Source of the DNA: an uncultured Candidatus Saccharibacteria bacterium
Lineage (GTDB): Bacteria > Patescibacteriota > Minisyncoccia > Phycocordibacterales > CSBR16-119
DNA length: 64,000 bases
Direction of reading: 5' to 3'
Assembly: GCA_964490365.1 (NCBI GenBank)
Contig: CAZBAG010000001.1
Span: forward strand, 129,512-193,511
Position 1 is the first letter of the stretch. Each line of letters begins with the position of its first letter. The position numbers were made by a program, and so were the translations under genes. A model generated the notes under the pieces. It was not told where the DNA came from and searched no databases. It saw nothing but the letters and a program-made list of their open reading frames with translations. Below are positions 47,429-57,363 of this stretch, one piece after another.

Positions 47429-49150
47429 TTATACAAGCACTGCTTTAATACGTCGAACCCCGGCAGATGACGCTTCTTCTTTTTGGATCTTAAATGTTCC
47501 GAGAATATTTGTATGCTCTACGTGTGGACCACCACAAAATTCTTTTGAAATTGCATCACCTTTTTCATCTTCTATAAAATACACAGAAACAACATCTTCA
47601 TACTTCGCACCGAATTCCATTTCTGCGCCAATCTGCTCTGCTTCTTGTTTTGGCATTTCTCTTTTTATAACCTTGAAATCTTTTCGTATACCCTCATTCA
47701 CTATTTTTTCAACTTCTGCTTTTTCTTCATCTGTCATCTTTCGATCAAATGAAAAATCAATTCGAAGTCGTTCTTCGGTAATGTTTGAACCTCTTTGTTT
47801 TACTTCTTTTCCAAGCACTTTTTGAAGTGCAGCTAACAGTAAATGGTGGGCAGTATGCAGCTTCACAATAGCTTCACTCGTTCCAGCAAGACCGCCTTTA
47901 AATTTTTGTTCGCCACCAGCACGTGACTTGTCTTGATGTTCTTTCATTTTTTTATCAAAGAGATCTAGATCAATAGATTCTCCTTTTTCTTTGGCGAGCT
48001 CTGTGGTCATCTCAATCGGAAAACCATATGAAGTGAAGAGCAGGAACGCGTCACGCTCGCCTTTTTCAAATTCTTTTAACCCCTTCTCTAATGTATTAAG
48101 AAATTTTTTTTCTTCTCCATCAACTACAGATTTTATATGCATAGCATCTAGGTTGTACGAGTTCTTATAGTTCTCACAAATAGCATCAATGAGCGAAACG
48201 ACTGAATCAAGTCCGAGTTTTTTTGCGTGTCGTATTGCACCACGTAAAAGCCTTCTTAGAATATAGGCTCTGTCTGAGTTCCCTGGAATTACACCGTCTT
48301 CAATAAGAAAACAACTTGCACGCATGTGGTCGGCGACAATTCTTCTTGATCGCTCGTCGCCACTTGGCAACACATTAAAAATATATTCAAAAGCATCAGT
48401 GTCATAGACACTTTCTCTTCCGTTCACCACAGCCGTGATTCTCTCAAGACCCATACCTGTGTCTACATTTTTCTGAGAAAGCTTTCCGATAACTTTGCCC
48501 TCTTTTGATTCGTATTCCATGAATACGTTGTTCCAAATCTCGATTACTTTTTCTTCTTTTTGAGCTTGTAAAAAGGCTTCAGGTGAAAGCTCACCGCACA
48601 TACCAGTGACGTCGTAGAAAATTTCTGTATCTGGCCCACATGGTCCGTTTTCTCCTGGGCCCCACCAGTTATCTTCTTTACCTAGAAAATAAATACGAGA
48701 TTCTGGGATTCCGTTTTTCATCCAAATAGTTTTTGATTCTTCGTCGCGTGGAGCACTGTTATCACCTTCAAAACAAGTAACATAGAGCCTTGTTGCATCA
48801 AGACCAAGACCTTTTTCTTTTGATGTTAAAAATTCAAAACTCCAAGCAATAGATTCTTCTTTGAAGTAGTCACCGAGTGACCAATTTCCAAGCATTTCAA
48901 AAAATGTTAAGTGACGATTGTCACCAATATCATCAATGTCTCCTGTGCGAAGACATTTTTGTGCGCTTGCGAGTCTTGTACCCTTTGGATGTTCTTTTCC
49001 CAGCAAGTAAGGAACGAGAGGTTGCATACCGGCTGTTGTAAAGAGGACTGAGTTGTCATTTTCAGGAATAAGTGATGCTGAAGGTAGAATCGTGTGACCT
49101 TTTTCTTCAAAGAATGCTAGGAATTTTTCGCGAATTTGGTTACTTGTCAT
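47429..49150 (-). CDS. alaS: Alanine-tRNA ligase, short form
   Basis: LFTTAGMQ, HLTFFEMLGN, DTGMGLER, HTAHH, EFCGGPHV; start moved to 49150. Confidence 0.96.
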   Translation of the reverse strand: MTSNQIREKFLAFFEEKGHTILPSASLIPENDNSVLFTTAGMQPLVPYLLGKEHPKGTRLASAQKCLRTGDIDDIGDNRHLTFFEMLGNWSLGDYFKEESIAWSFEFLTSKEKGLGLDATRLYVTCFEGDNSAPRDEESKTIWMKNGIPESRIYFLGKEDNWWGPGENGPCGPDTEIFYDVTGMCGELSPEAFLQAQKEEKVIEIWNNVFMEYESKEGKVIGKLSQKNVDTGMGLERITAVVNGRESVYDTDAFEYIFNVLPSGDERSRRIVADHMRASCFLIEDGVIPGNSDRAYILRRLLRGAIRHAKKLGLDSVVSLIDAICENYKNSYNLDAMHIKSVVDGEEKKFLNTLEKGLKEFEKGERDAFLLFTSYGFPIEMTTELAKEKGESIDLDLFDKKMKEHQDKSRAGGEQKFKGGLAGTSEAIVKLHTAHHLLLAALQKVLGKEVKQRGSNITEERLRIDFSFDRKMTDEEKAEVEKIVNEGIRKDFKVIKREMPKQEAEQIGAEMEFGAKYEDVVSVYFIEDEKGDAISKEFCGGPHVEHTNILGTFKIQKEEASSAGVRRIKAVLV

Positions 49151-49237
49151 ATACAGCAAAGTATAGTTGAAAGAGGGTAAAATAGAAAGTCCCGTCAGCT
49201 TTGCTGACGGGACTTCTGCCACCACTTCACACACTGA

Positions 49238-49399
49238 TCAACTGATCACCTCCGCTTTCGGGTATCGCTTCTTCCAGAACTCAAGCGCCTTGGAATTGGC
49301 GACAGTGATAACCGTTCGGTGATCAAGTTGAACCTTGATAGCCTTGAGACCCTCTTTCACTGGTTGTGTGAGAACCACCGCCTTCTTCTTTCGTGGCAT
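49238..49399 (-). CDS. 53-aa basic protein (cassette type, not in the ORF track)
   Basis: MPRKKKAVVLTQPVKEGLKAIKVQLDHRTVITVANSKALEFWKKRYPKAEVIS; TTGACA(49460-49465)-N16-TATAAT; terminator 49186-49215. Confidence 0.8.
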   Translation of the reverse strand: MPRKKKAVVLTQPVKEGLKAIKVQLDHRTVITVANSKALEFWKKRYPKAEVIS

Positions 49400-49465
49400 G
49401 ATAATTTGGTTGATTTGGTGAACTAACTCATTTTTATATTATAACATATTTAAGATTATTGTCAA

Positions 49466-50503
49466 TTACGCAATAATACCACCGCCAATACACTCTTCAC
49501 CTTTATATACAACAACTGACTGCCCTGAACTAACCATTGCTTGGTCCTCTTCGAAGACCACACGGCCATTTTCAATAACACAATTTTGTAGGGCTTGTTG
49601 ATATCGTATTCGCGCGCCATATACCTTTCCCTCTTGCGGTGCAGTAATCCAGTTTACATGCTCTAGTTGTATATTTTTCTTCTCTTGCCCTGTTTGATGA
49701 ACGTCTTCTGAAACCGTAATTATGTTTTTCTCTATGTCTCGATCGACAACATACAACCTTTTATCTTCTGTCCCCTTTTCGGTAATAGTAAAACCATGTC
49801 GTTCTCCCAACGTATGGAACAATGCGCCGTCGTGTTCTCCGACCACTCTACCTTCACGATCAATCACATTTCCTTTTTTCACATCAATAAAGTGTTTCAG
49901 AAAATCCTTCATATCAATTGGACCTAAAAAACACACGCCTTGAGAATCTTTTTTTTCAGCAGTCAGCAATCTGTATCGTTCTGCAATCTGACGAACTTCT
50001 GTTTTTTGTAAGTAGCCAATTGGAAATAGTACTTTATGTAATTGACTTTCTGTTAGTGTCCACAGAAAGTAGCTCTGATCTTTGGCATTATCAACACCTT
50101 TAAAAAGTTTACCGTCCTTTGTTTGTGCATAGTGTCCTGTGGCGACATAGTCAGCACCGAGCTCTAAAGCTTTTTTTAGAAACACTCCAAACTTTACTTC
50201 CTTATTACACATCACATCTGGGTTTGGCGTTCGACCAGCACGGTACTCGTTGATCATGTACATACCAACAGCGTTCTTATATTCTTCTTCTGCGTCAATG
50301 GTAAGAAATGGCACATTAAGTGAAGCACAAATGCGCATTGCATCGCGTCGCTCTTCTTTCCAAGTGCATTCTATAAAATCTGGTTGCCATGTTTTAATAA
50401 AACAACCAACAACATTGAAACCTTGCTCTTTCAGAATTGCCAAAGAAACGGAGCTATCAACTCCGCCAGAAACACCCACAAAAACTGTTTCTCTTTTCTT
50501 CAT
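49466..50503 (-). CDS. mnmA: tRNA 2-thiouridylase MnmA
   Basis: SGGVDSS, TPNPDVMCN, ATGHYA, KDQSYFL, DSQGVCF. Confidence 0.97.
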   Translation of the reverse strand: MKKRETVFVGVSGGVDSSVSLAILKEQGFNVVGCFIKTWQPDFIECTWKEERRDAMRICASLNVPFLTIDAEEEYKNAVGMYMINEYRAGRTPNPDVMCNKEVKFGVFLKKALELGADYVATGHYAQTKDGKLFKGVDNAKDQSYFLWTLTESQLHKVLFPIGYLQKTEVRQIAERYRLLTAEKKDSQGVCFLGPIDMKDFLKHFIDVKKGNVIDREGRVVGEHDGALFHTLGERHGFTITEKGTEDKRLYVVDRDIEKNIITVSEDVHQTGQEKKNIQLEHVNWITAPQEGKVYGARIRYQQALQNCVIENGRVVFEEDQAMVSSGQSVVVYKGEECIGGGIIA

Positions 50504-50533
50504 GAGCAAGAATCTAGCACGACTCAGAGAGTA

Positions 50534-51079
50534 TTACAAATTCATCAATTTTTCGTAGACCAAAAATGTTGCTTTTGCATCCGCAAGTGCTGTGTGAGCA
50601 CGTTCGTTGGTAATAGCAAAATATTCGCAGAGCTTTTGAAGTCGAAACTTATCTACTTGAGGATTGTCGTGCAATTTTGCATAGGCAACTGAAATCGTAT
50701 CAAGTTTTGGGTAAAACATTTTATTTTCAACGCCAGTTTTTTTAAATGCATGCTCGATAAATGAATAATCGAAGGTAAGGTTGTGAGCAGTAAATATCGC
50801 GTTGTCTGTTTTTGCAGCAAAAATAGTCATTGCCTCAGTAAGTGTATTTGCAAAAATCCATTGGCTTGGATCATAGCCATTTACTTTAAGAGCCTGAGGA
50901 TCTGCATCTTCAATACGTTCTGGCTTAATCTTTAATTCGATTTCTTCAAGTACTTCGAATTGTTTACCCGCATCCCCCAATTGCTTCACCAGAACAACAC
51001 CGAGCTCAATGATTTCGTGCTTATCCGGATCAAACCCAGTTGTTTCAATATCAACAAATGCTAGTGTATGTCGTTTCAT
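50534..51079 (-). CDS. DEDDh 3'-5' exonuclease (DnaQ-like)
   Basis: DIETTG, AHNLTFD, AHTALADA. Confidence 0.92.
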   Translation of the reverse strand: MKRHTLAFVDIETTGFDPDKHEIIELGVVLVKQLGDAGKQFEVLEEIELKIKPERIEDADPQALKVNGYDPSQWIFANTLTEAMTIFAAKTDNAIFTAHNLTFDYSFIEHAFKKTGVENKMFYPKLDTISVAYAKLHDNPQVDKFRLQKLCEYFAITNERAHTALADAKATFLVYEKLMNL

Positions 51080-51082
51080 ATA

Positions 51083-52072
51083 TTAACGTAAGAAATTATT
51101 TTTATTCTGAACATGTCCTGCATGGTCAATTGCATAATACACCTGACCGGAGTTACTGTGAAGATAGAAGTAGTATGGCGATGAAATTGGATAGAGCGCT
51201 GCTCTCATCGCCTTAATACTTGGAGAACCAATCGGTCCTGGAGGTAATCCGTAATTCTTATAAGTATTGTAGTCATGTTCCATTGCCAAATCATCGAGTG
51301 TTAATTTTGAAGATGGCTTGCCGGTGATATATTTCAAGGTTGCATCAACTTGGAGTCTCATATTTTTGTCGATACGTTTCCACAAAATACCAGAAATAGT
51401 TTGTTGTTCACTGTAAATATTGTAGGCTTCTTTTTGAATAATAGATGCCATAGTAACAACATCTACCATAGTTTTACCCGACTTATCAATGTCGGCAAGT
51501 AACGGCGCAACCTTTGTATCAAAATTTGATAACATTTTATCAACAACATCTGAAGTTTCTGTAGTAACAAAGAAAATATAGGTATCTGGGAACAAATACC
51601 CTTCAAGACCTTTGGTCAGGAAAAGAAAATCATCTTGTGAAAAATTCAAGAGCTTCGCATCAAAGAGCTCCGCTATTTCTTCCCGAGTTGATCCTTCTGG
51701 AATCGTCACGCGGACAGAATCAATACCGTGGATACCATTAATAATTCTGTGAGCAACTTCAAGGACTGTAAGCGGTCTCTCGAACGAATAGTCTCCGGCC
51801 ACAATACTTTTATCACCACCAAAAATAATTACAAAAGCATCGAGCATTCTTGGAAATTTCACCACACCTTCTGCATGTAACATTTCAGATGCTTCCATTA
51901 GACTGCTTCCCTTTTCGATTTCAATAATTGTATCTTTTGGGAAGTTGGCGGGCGCAGTAAAGAGAACTCCGAAAGCAAACACTACAACAACAAAAAGAAG
52001 TCCGAGCACAAGGAATATTTTTTGATGAACAGATATACTGCTTTTTGGTTTTTGATAATTTATATGTTGCAT
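51083..52072 (-). CDS. mltG: Endolytic transglycosylase MltG
   Basis: TIPEG, LEGYLFPDTY, ASIIQKE, YNTY...GLPPGPI. Confidence 0.93.
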   Translation of the reverse strand: MQHINYQKPKSSISVHQKIFLVLGLLFVVVVFAFGVLFTAPANFPKDTIIEIEKGSSLMEASEMLHAEGVVKFPRMLDAFVIIFGGDKSIVAGDYSFERPLTVLEVAHRIINGIHGIDSVRVTIPEGSTREEIAELFDAKLLNFSQDDFLFLTKGLEGYLFPDTYIFFVTTETSDVVDKMLSNFDTKVAPLLADIDKSGKTMVDVVTMASIIQKEAYNIYSEQQTISGILWKRIDKNMRLQVDATLKYITGKPSSKLTLDDLAMEHDYNTYKNYGLPPGPIGSPSIKAMRAALYPISSPYYFYLHSNSGQVYYAIDHAGHVQNKNNFLR

Positions 52073-52077
52073 AGGTG

Positions 52078-53307
52078 TTAGATAGGCAGATTAGTAGGTG
52101 GCTCTGATTTATTAGACTCAATACGACTTAGGCTTGGTGTCTCAGATACCCGACCAGGAAAGTGAAATATAGTTGCAAGTTCTTCAGACGTAAGTACAAA
52201 GTGTGGTCTGACATACGGAGGATAGAACCAAGACCTTTGTGCATAGGCGTCTAACATCTCTCTCTTAAGGGCAATAGTCTTATTTCCTGATGGATCCTGC
52301 CATGGATAGTCAAAACCAGTTGTGTTGTTTGGCGCAAAACCGTTAAGGGTAAAGGAGTTGTACTGCTTCATAATACCAGTTAACCCGGTAATATTCATAC
52401 CGTCAAAATATTCTTTTGGTGAAAGATAGATTGCGCGTATCCCACAATCAAAACCTTGTTTGTTGAGGGTTCGAGAAATAGCGGAAATGACTTGCTTATC
52501 TTCTTCAGTCATTGCCAAGCGCTTAAACTGATCATCACCCGTTGGTTCAAACTTTGCACGCTCTTCTTTAAGTAAGGCTTTTGTTCTCTCTTTATAGTCT
52601 TCATATCCACCCATGAGCCCACTCTTTCTATATGTCCATTTTGAAACACGAACAATAATTTGAAACCAGACTTGTTCGTTTGGACCAATACCTCCCATCC
52701 ATTCAATCATAGGGGTAATTGGGTCGATTCTTTGGTTTTCTTCTGTTGAACCAATTGCTTTATCGAGTCCGTAGTCAGTGTAGGTTTTGATTGGGTACGC
52801 ATCTTGTTTCGTAAGTTTAAACTCAGTACCAAAAAGTGCCCACTCACGTTTATGCATATCAGCAATTGCTTCTTCAACATAGTCTGCAGCTTCAAATATT
52901 TCTGCTTGAGGATACTGAGCATATATCTGTGTTTCAATAACTCGGCGAAAAAGAATTGGTGTGCGAACAAGGAAATGAATTTCTCCACCAAGAGAAACGA
53001 TTTCAAGAGAAAACCAGTTAATCACTCGTCCTTGCCAGTACAGTTGATAGTTATTTCCCACACCACCACCTTGAGAGAGTGCGTTTGAAAGCGCGAGCTC
53101 CATAGCTGCTGGAGATTTAAAAACTTCTTTTGGTACTTTAATTTCAAGTAACACCCACTTTACGGTCGAGAGCCATTCTTCACGAATATAGCCGACCCAC
53201 AGTTTCCAACCCAAAAAGACAAGTACGAGTGGTAACCAAAAACGAACTGTTTTAAAAATGATACCTGGGATATTTTGAAATGTTGTAAGAAAAATATCAG
53301 CTTCCAT
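52078..53307 (-). CDS. Conserved membrane-anchored hypothetical protein
   Basis: 409 aa; FSLEIVS, QIYAQYP, EELATIFHFP motifs. Confidence 0.7.
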   Translation of the reverse strand: MEADIFLTTFQNIPGIIFKTVRFWLPLVLVFLGWKLWVGYIREEWLSTVKWVLLEIKVPKEVFKSPAAMELALSNALSQGGGVGNNYQLYWQGRVINWFSLEIVSLGGEIHFLVRTPILFRRVIETQIYAQYPQAEIFEAADYVEEAIADMHKREWALFGTEFKLTKQDAYPIKTYTDYGLDKAIGSTEENQRIDPITPMIEWMGGIGPNEQVWFQIIVRVSKWTYRKSGLMGGYEDYKERTKALLKEERAKFEPTGDDQFKRLAMTEEDKQVISAISRTLNKQGFDCGIRAIYLSPKEYFDGMNITGLTGIMKQYNSFTLNGFAPNNTTGFDYPWQDPSGNKTIALKREMLDAYAQRSWFYPPYVRPHFVLTSEELATIFHFPGRVSETPSLSRIESNKSEPPTNLPI

Positions 53308-53328
53308 GTTCTTTATTGTACACCAACA

Positions 53329-53820
53329 CTATGAATTAGCTTTGTCGACTGGCACATCGCTACTAATGGTAATCGGAATAGTCATTGTTTTTTCTGAATT
53401 CTGCAAACTTTCAAAGACAATCTCAAACGCACCCTCTGTAGCCGGAAGATCTTGAACTACAAAATGAAACTGAGTTGAAACAGGAGAAGTATCTGTTTGG
53501 TTACGAGGCACAAGAAAAGGTCTACCAATTATGTTCTTTTCAGCGTCATAGATTTTCATCGTGGCCACATAGTTAAGGAATGGTTCCCAACCACATCCGC
53601 TCACATATCCTGATATTTCAAGCGGTAACGACACCACTGAGCCGATTTGAGGCTGCGTGACCGAAATACCACAATACAATTCACTTGTATCAACACTTGC
53701 AACTGGCACAATTGGATCTTCTTCTATTTTTGAATTTGTAAAAATAAAGAGCAAAAAACCAAACAAAACGACAATAAGGAGTATAAGAAAGAGCTCAATA
53801 GTAAGAAGTGTTTTTTTCAC
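53329..53820 (-). CDS. Membrane-anchored Ig-like (Gmad2-like) protein
   Basis: Probable GTG start at 53820, after terminator 53834-53868; P..G..V..PL.ISG pattern. Confidence 0.55.
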   Translation of the reverse strand: MKKTLLTIELFLILLIVVLFGFLLFIFTNSKIEEDPIVPVASVDTSELYCGISVTQPQIGSVVSLPLEISGYVSGCGWEPFLNYVATMKIYDAEKNIIGRPFLVPRNQTDTSPVSTQFHFVVQDLPATEGAFEIVFESLQNSEKTMTIPITISSDVPVDKANS

Positions 53821-53869
53821 TCTTCTATTATACACAAAAATTCCCCACAAACTGTGGGGAATTTTTGTA

Positions 53870-54901
53870 TTACTTGAGAGCTGTGTATTTACCGTCTCCA
53901 AGCTTCTTGAAATGCTTTGAATTTTGAAGATTTACAAGAATAGTATTTCGCTTGAGGAAGCGTTCTTTAAGCACCGCATCAACAACTTCATCTTTTGTCA
54001 TTGGTCCATGTGTTACCAAGATGTCTTTGATAACATCTCGTACAATACCTGGTTTATAGCCCCATTCTCGAAGAGCATATTTACCTCGGCCAACAAGCAC
54101 AAATCGTGGATCTTTAATGAGCTCATTGTGTGTTGTTGCGGCAAGTGTTTTCTTGCCAAATGTTTTTGTGATCGCCTCTGCAACTTCTTTAAAGTGCATT
54201 GGTTCTCCGTGTTTTCGAAGCACTAAAAATGTATAGTCTTTTACTCCTCGTGTTTTTACATTTTTTGATTCTGCTCGCCCCCACTCATTGAGAGGATTTT
54301 TAGCAATTTTTTTCGAAAGTCTGAGCCATCGTCGTAGAATTTCTTCATCTCGATATTCGTCAGAAACATCTTTTACGTTTTTAAGGAAACGATTGATCAT
54401 TTCACTTTCAGCTACGAGCTCATCTGCACTGAGAGATTTGTACAGATTTTTAAGAGCATCATGAATAGTATTGGCAGTTTCATCTTCGACAACCCATCGT
54501 GTTTTAAACTGATCATCTTCTTTGTGTTGCGTGAAAGCATCACCAAGCACGAGGTAAAAGTTAATATGGTTTTGTGTAGATTCATCTCCAGAAATGTGTT
54601 CGAGAAGTTCATCTTCGTGAACAACTGAACCAAGAGATTCTACTAATTGTTTAAGTTCTGCAAACACTGCATCCTCTGACTTCATGACTTCTGATTTTCG
54701 GATAGATGAAAGAGCAGCATTTTCTATTTGCCGTACTCGTTCTCGAGTGATCCCGTATTTTTGTCCAATTGCTTCAAGAGTTTTTCTCTTTGTGTCTTCT
54801 CCAAGACCGTATCGATTTGAAATAATATCAAGCGATCGATCCTTAAGAACAGACAGAAGCTTTTTGCTTACATGCTTTGGTCTAAATGAAATAATTGCCA
54901 T
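53870..54901 (-). CDS. Sigma-70 region 4 HTH plus HARE-HTH-like protein
   Basis: RYGL...TLEAIGQKYGITRERVRQIE; HNELIKDPRFVLVGRGKYAL. Confidence 0.8.
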   Translation of the reverse strand: MAIISFRPKHVSKKLLSVLKDRSLDIISNRYGLGEDTKRKTLEAIGQKYGITRERVRQIENAALSSIRKSEVMKSEDAVFAELKQLVESLGSVVHEDELLEHISGDESTQNHINFYLVLGDAFTQHKEDDQFKTRWVVEDETANTIHDALKNLYKSLSADELVAESEMINRFLKNVKDVSDEYRDEEILRRWLRLSKKIAKNPLNEWGRAESKNVKTRGVKDYTFLVLRKHGEPMHFKEVAEAITKTFGKKTLAATTHNELIKDPRFVLVGRGKYALREWGYKPGIVRDVIKDILVTHGPMTKDEVVDAVLKERFLKRNTILVNLQNSKHFKKLGDGKYTALK

Positions 54902-54975
54902 ACGTATTAACTGTTACTATAAGGTGAAATTATTCTAGCATTAATACAATTTTATGTCAAATCTTTGTCAAGAGC

Positions 54976-56067
54976 CTAGAAAAGCTTGGCAATGTCGCGG
55001 AAGGTAATAAACACCATGAGTGTAATGAGGATTAAGAACCCAATTGAGTTCAGCGCATTGGCAACTTTTGGCGAAATTGGGCCACCTTTTACCTTCTCAA
55101 CGAGTAAAAAGAGGATTCTTCCTCCATCGAGCGCAGGAAATGGAATAAGGTTAATCACTCCAAGATTGACCGAAATCAGAGCGACGAACATGAGAAGATA
55201 CACGAGACCTAGGTTGCTTGCGTCACCAACCAAAGAAACAATGCCAACAGGGCCAGTAAGTTGGGACACGTCTGCCTGTCCTTTAAATGCGTCGATAATC
55301 AGTATTACCAGACCAACAGCAATTTGCATAATCATTTCACCTGCGACTTTAAAACTTTCAAGAAAAGCTTTGAGAAAAGGTGGCTTATAGATGCCGACTG
55401 TTTGTAATCCAACACCAATTGCTGGTTTTTCATCGATAGTAAAGTCACCGATCGTAATAACTCGTTCAACAATATTTCCATCTCGGACAAATGTTACGTC
55501 AACGAAATTATTTTTTGTAGTGTTCATGCCTGAAAAATCAACATCAGTCAGTGATGTGTATGTTTTATTTTCAAAAGAAACACCTTTCACCACATCACCA
55601 ACCATGACCCCTGCACGATCCGCGGGAGAATCTTCGATCACTTCGGTAACCACCGTTTGTATATTTTTAATATGTGCTTCATTTCGTGAATCAACCGCTG
55701 AAGGAAGACCGATGAAAAGGATAGCGAGCACGATAACCCATGCAAACAAGAAATTAAACAGCGGACCCGCAAACATCACCGTTGCCTGAGCAAATCTTGA
55801 TTTACTCGTTAACGCCATCTGCTTTCCTTCCCCGTGAAGCGATTCGTCACTTTGGTCTTCTCCAAAAATTTTTACAAAACCGCCAAACGGAATCCAGTTT
55901 AAGGTAAAGAGTGTTCCCTTTCTTTTAAAGAGCACTTTTGCGCGAGGTGGATACCCTAGTCCAAACTCATCAACTCGAATACCCCATTTTTTTGCAACGA
56001 TAAAATGACCGTATTCGTGGACGATGATAAGTACTGCAAGTATAAGTATGAAGATAAGGATAGACAT
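54976..56067 (-). CDS. rseP: RseP-like M50 site-2 protease with PDZ
   Basis: HEYGH, AGPLFN, NLIPFPALDGG. Confidence 0.93.
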   Translation of the reverse strand: MSILIFILILAVLIIVHEYGHFIVAKKWGIRVDEFGLGYPPRAKVLFKRKGTLFTLNWIPFGGFVKIFGEDQSDESLHGEGKQMALTSKSRFAQATVMFAGPLFNFLFAWVIVLAILFIGLPSAVDSRNEAHIKNIQTVVTEVIEDSPADRAGVMVGDVVKGVSFENKTYTSLTDVDFSGMNTTKNNFVDVTFVRDGNIVERVITIGDFTIDEKPAIGVGLQTVGIYKPPFLKAFLESFKVAGEMIMQIAVGLVILIIDAFKGQADVSQLTGPVGIVSLVGDASNLGLVYLLMFVALISVNLGVINLIPFPALDGGRILFLLVEKVKGGPISPKVANALNSIGFLILITLMVFITFRDIAKLF

Positions 56068-56621
56068 TATTGAGCGAGCACTACCGATTCTTTTTGCGAA
56101 AAGATTTCTTCGAGTGTTTTATTAACTTCGTCGACAGCTTTTTGAACTTCGTTCTTTGCAAATTTTACATCGTCTTCAGACATACTCGCATCTGCTTTTC
56201 GAGCCTCAACATCTTTCATGGCAGTTTCTCGCTCTTTACGAACAGAAATACGAGCATCTTCAAGTTTGCCCTTCAAAACCTTCACAAGCTTTTCTCTTGT
56301 CTCGCCCGTAAGCGCTGGGAAAATAACTCGAAGACCAGAATCATCGGTTGCCACAGAAAGTCCAATATCCGAAGTAATAATCGAGTTTTCAATTTCTTTC
56401 ATTTGGCTTTTGTCCCATGGAACAACGCGAAGTGTTTTTGGATCTTCAATAGAAATCGAAGCCACGTTTTTTACTGGTTGACGTGTACCATATGAATTAA
56501 CGGTAATTCCATCAAGCACCGAAGGATTTGCCTGACCCGTATGAAGTGAAGAATACTCTTTTCGAAGCCATTCACTGATTTTAGCCAAATCAGCCTTTAG
56601 CGATGTTGTATTGTATGTCAT
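56067..56621 (-). CDS. frr: Ribosome recycling factor
   Basis: TGQANPSVLD, PWDKS, PALTGETR; start moved to 56621. Confidence 0.95.
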   Translation of the reverse strand: MTYNTTSLKADLAKISEWLRKEYSSLHTGQANPSVLDGITVNSYGTRQPVKNVASISIEDPKTLRVVPWDKSQMKEIENSIITSDIGLSVATDDSGLRVIFPALTGETREKLVKVLKGKLEDARISVRKERETAMKDVEARKADASMSEDDVKFAKNEVQKAVDEVNKTLEEIFSQKESVVLAQ

Positions 56622-56687
56622 ATACCACCATAGTAGCAAAAAGTAAGAAATTACAGAAGGGGTCAAGAGCCCCGAAGAAAACAGTGC

Positions 56688-57362
56688 CTAGAGAGTCAAC
56701 GCCAAGAGCTCTAATAGATTTTTTACTGAAGCTCCTTGGTCATGCAGATAATCTTTTACTTTCCACAGTAACGAAATATCAAAAAGGTGTTTATCATCTC
56801 TTTTTGAAAGACTCTGTTCTAATTCATTAATAAAAGAAACTGCGTAGACCTTAAGCGAAATACTTGTTTCTTCCTTTTCAAATTTTTTAATAATCTGACC
56901 AATGATTAAAAGTCTGTCTTCTTTTTCACTTGCTATAAATTCTTCTACTTGTTTTTGGATTTCTTTACTCGAAGATTCTTCTTTTTGGATTTCAAGATCG
57001 ATGAGTCGTGAACGGAGTGTCGGAAGGAGTATTGCAATGACCGGAGTAATGAGAAAAAAGTGAACACCCGTTGCAGGCTCTTCAAAAACTTTCAAAAGCG
57101 CATGCTGAGATTGGTGTGAAAGATACTCTGCCACAATCACAATTATTTTTCTGTCACCCATCACAGGCTTTTCTGATTGAAAAACTTTAATTTCGCGAGC
57201 ATCGTCAATCGTAAATGTTTCTACGTGCTTAGTGATAACGTCTGGATTGTTTTGAACAACAAACCCAATATCTACCAAACCATCCAAGAAACGCTCTAAA
57301 ATACTCGTCTCTCGTGCAACAAGATACGCATGGTGAAGATTTTCTTTTTGTAACGTAAACAT
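56688..57362 (-). CDS. holB: DNA polymerase III delta-prime-like subunit
   Basis: HHAYL, IDDAREI, ALLKVFEEP, LPTLRSR; start moved to 57362. Confidence 0.75.
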   Translation of the reverse strand: MFTLQKENLHHAYLVARETSILERFLDGLVDIGFVVQNNPDVITKHVETFTIDDAREIKVFQSEKPVMGDRKIIVIVAEYLSHQSQHALLKVFEEPATGVHFFLITPVIAILLPTLRSRLIDLEIQKEESSSKEIQKQVEEFIASEKEDRLLIIGQIIKKFEKEETSISLKVYAVSFINELEQSLSKRDDKHLFDISLLWKVKDYLHDQGASVKNLLELLALTL

Positions 57363-57363
57363 A

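Noticed and set aside
49151-49234. N-terminal extensions given by the ORF track (alaS; also dnaB, frr, holB, DEAD helicase, corA, 53329 ORF)
   Set aside because: Extensions run through terminators, promoters or neighbouring genes; downstream starts fit family N-termini better
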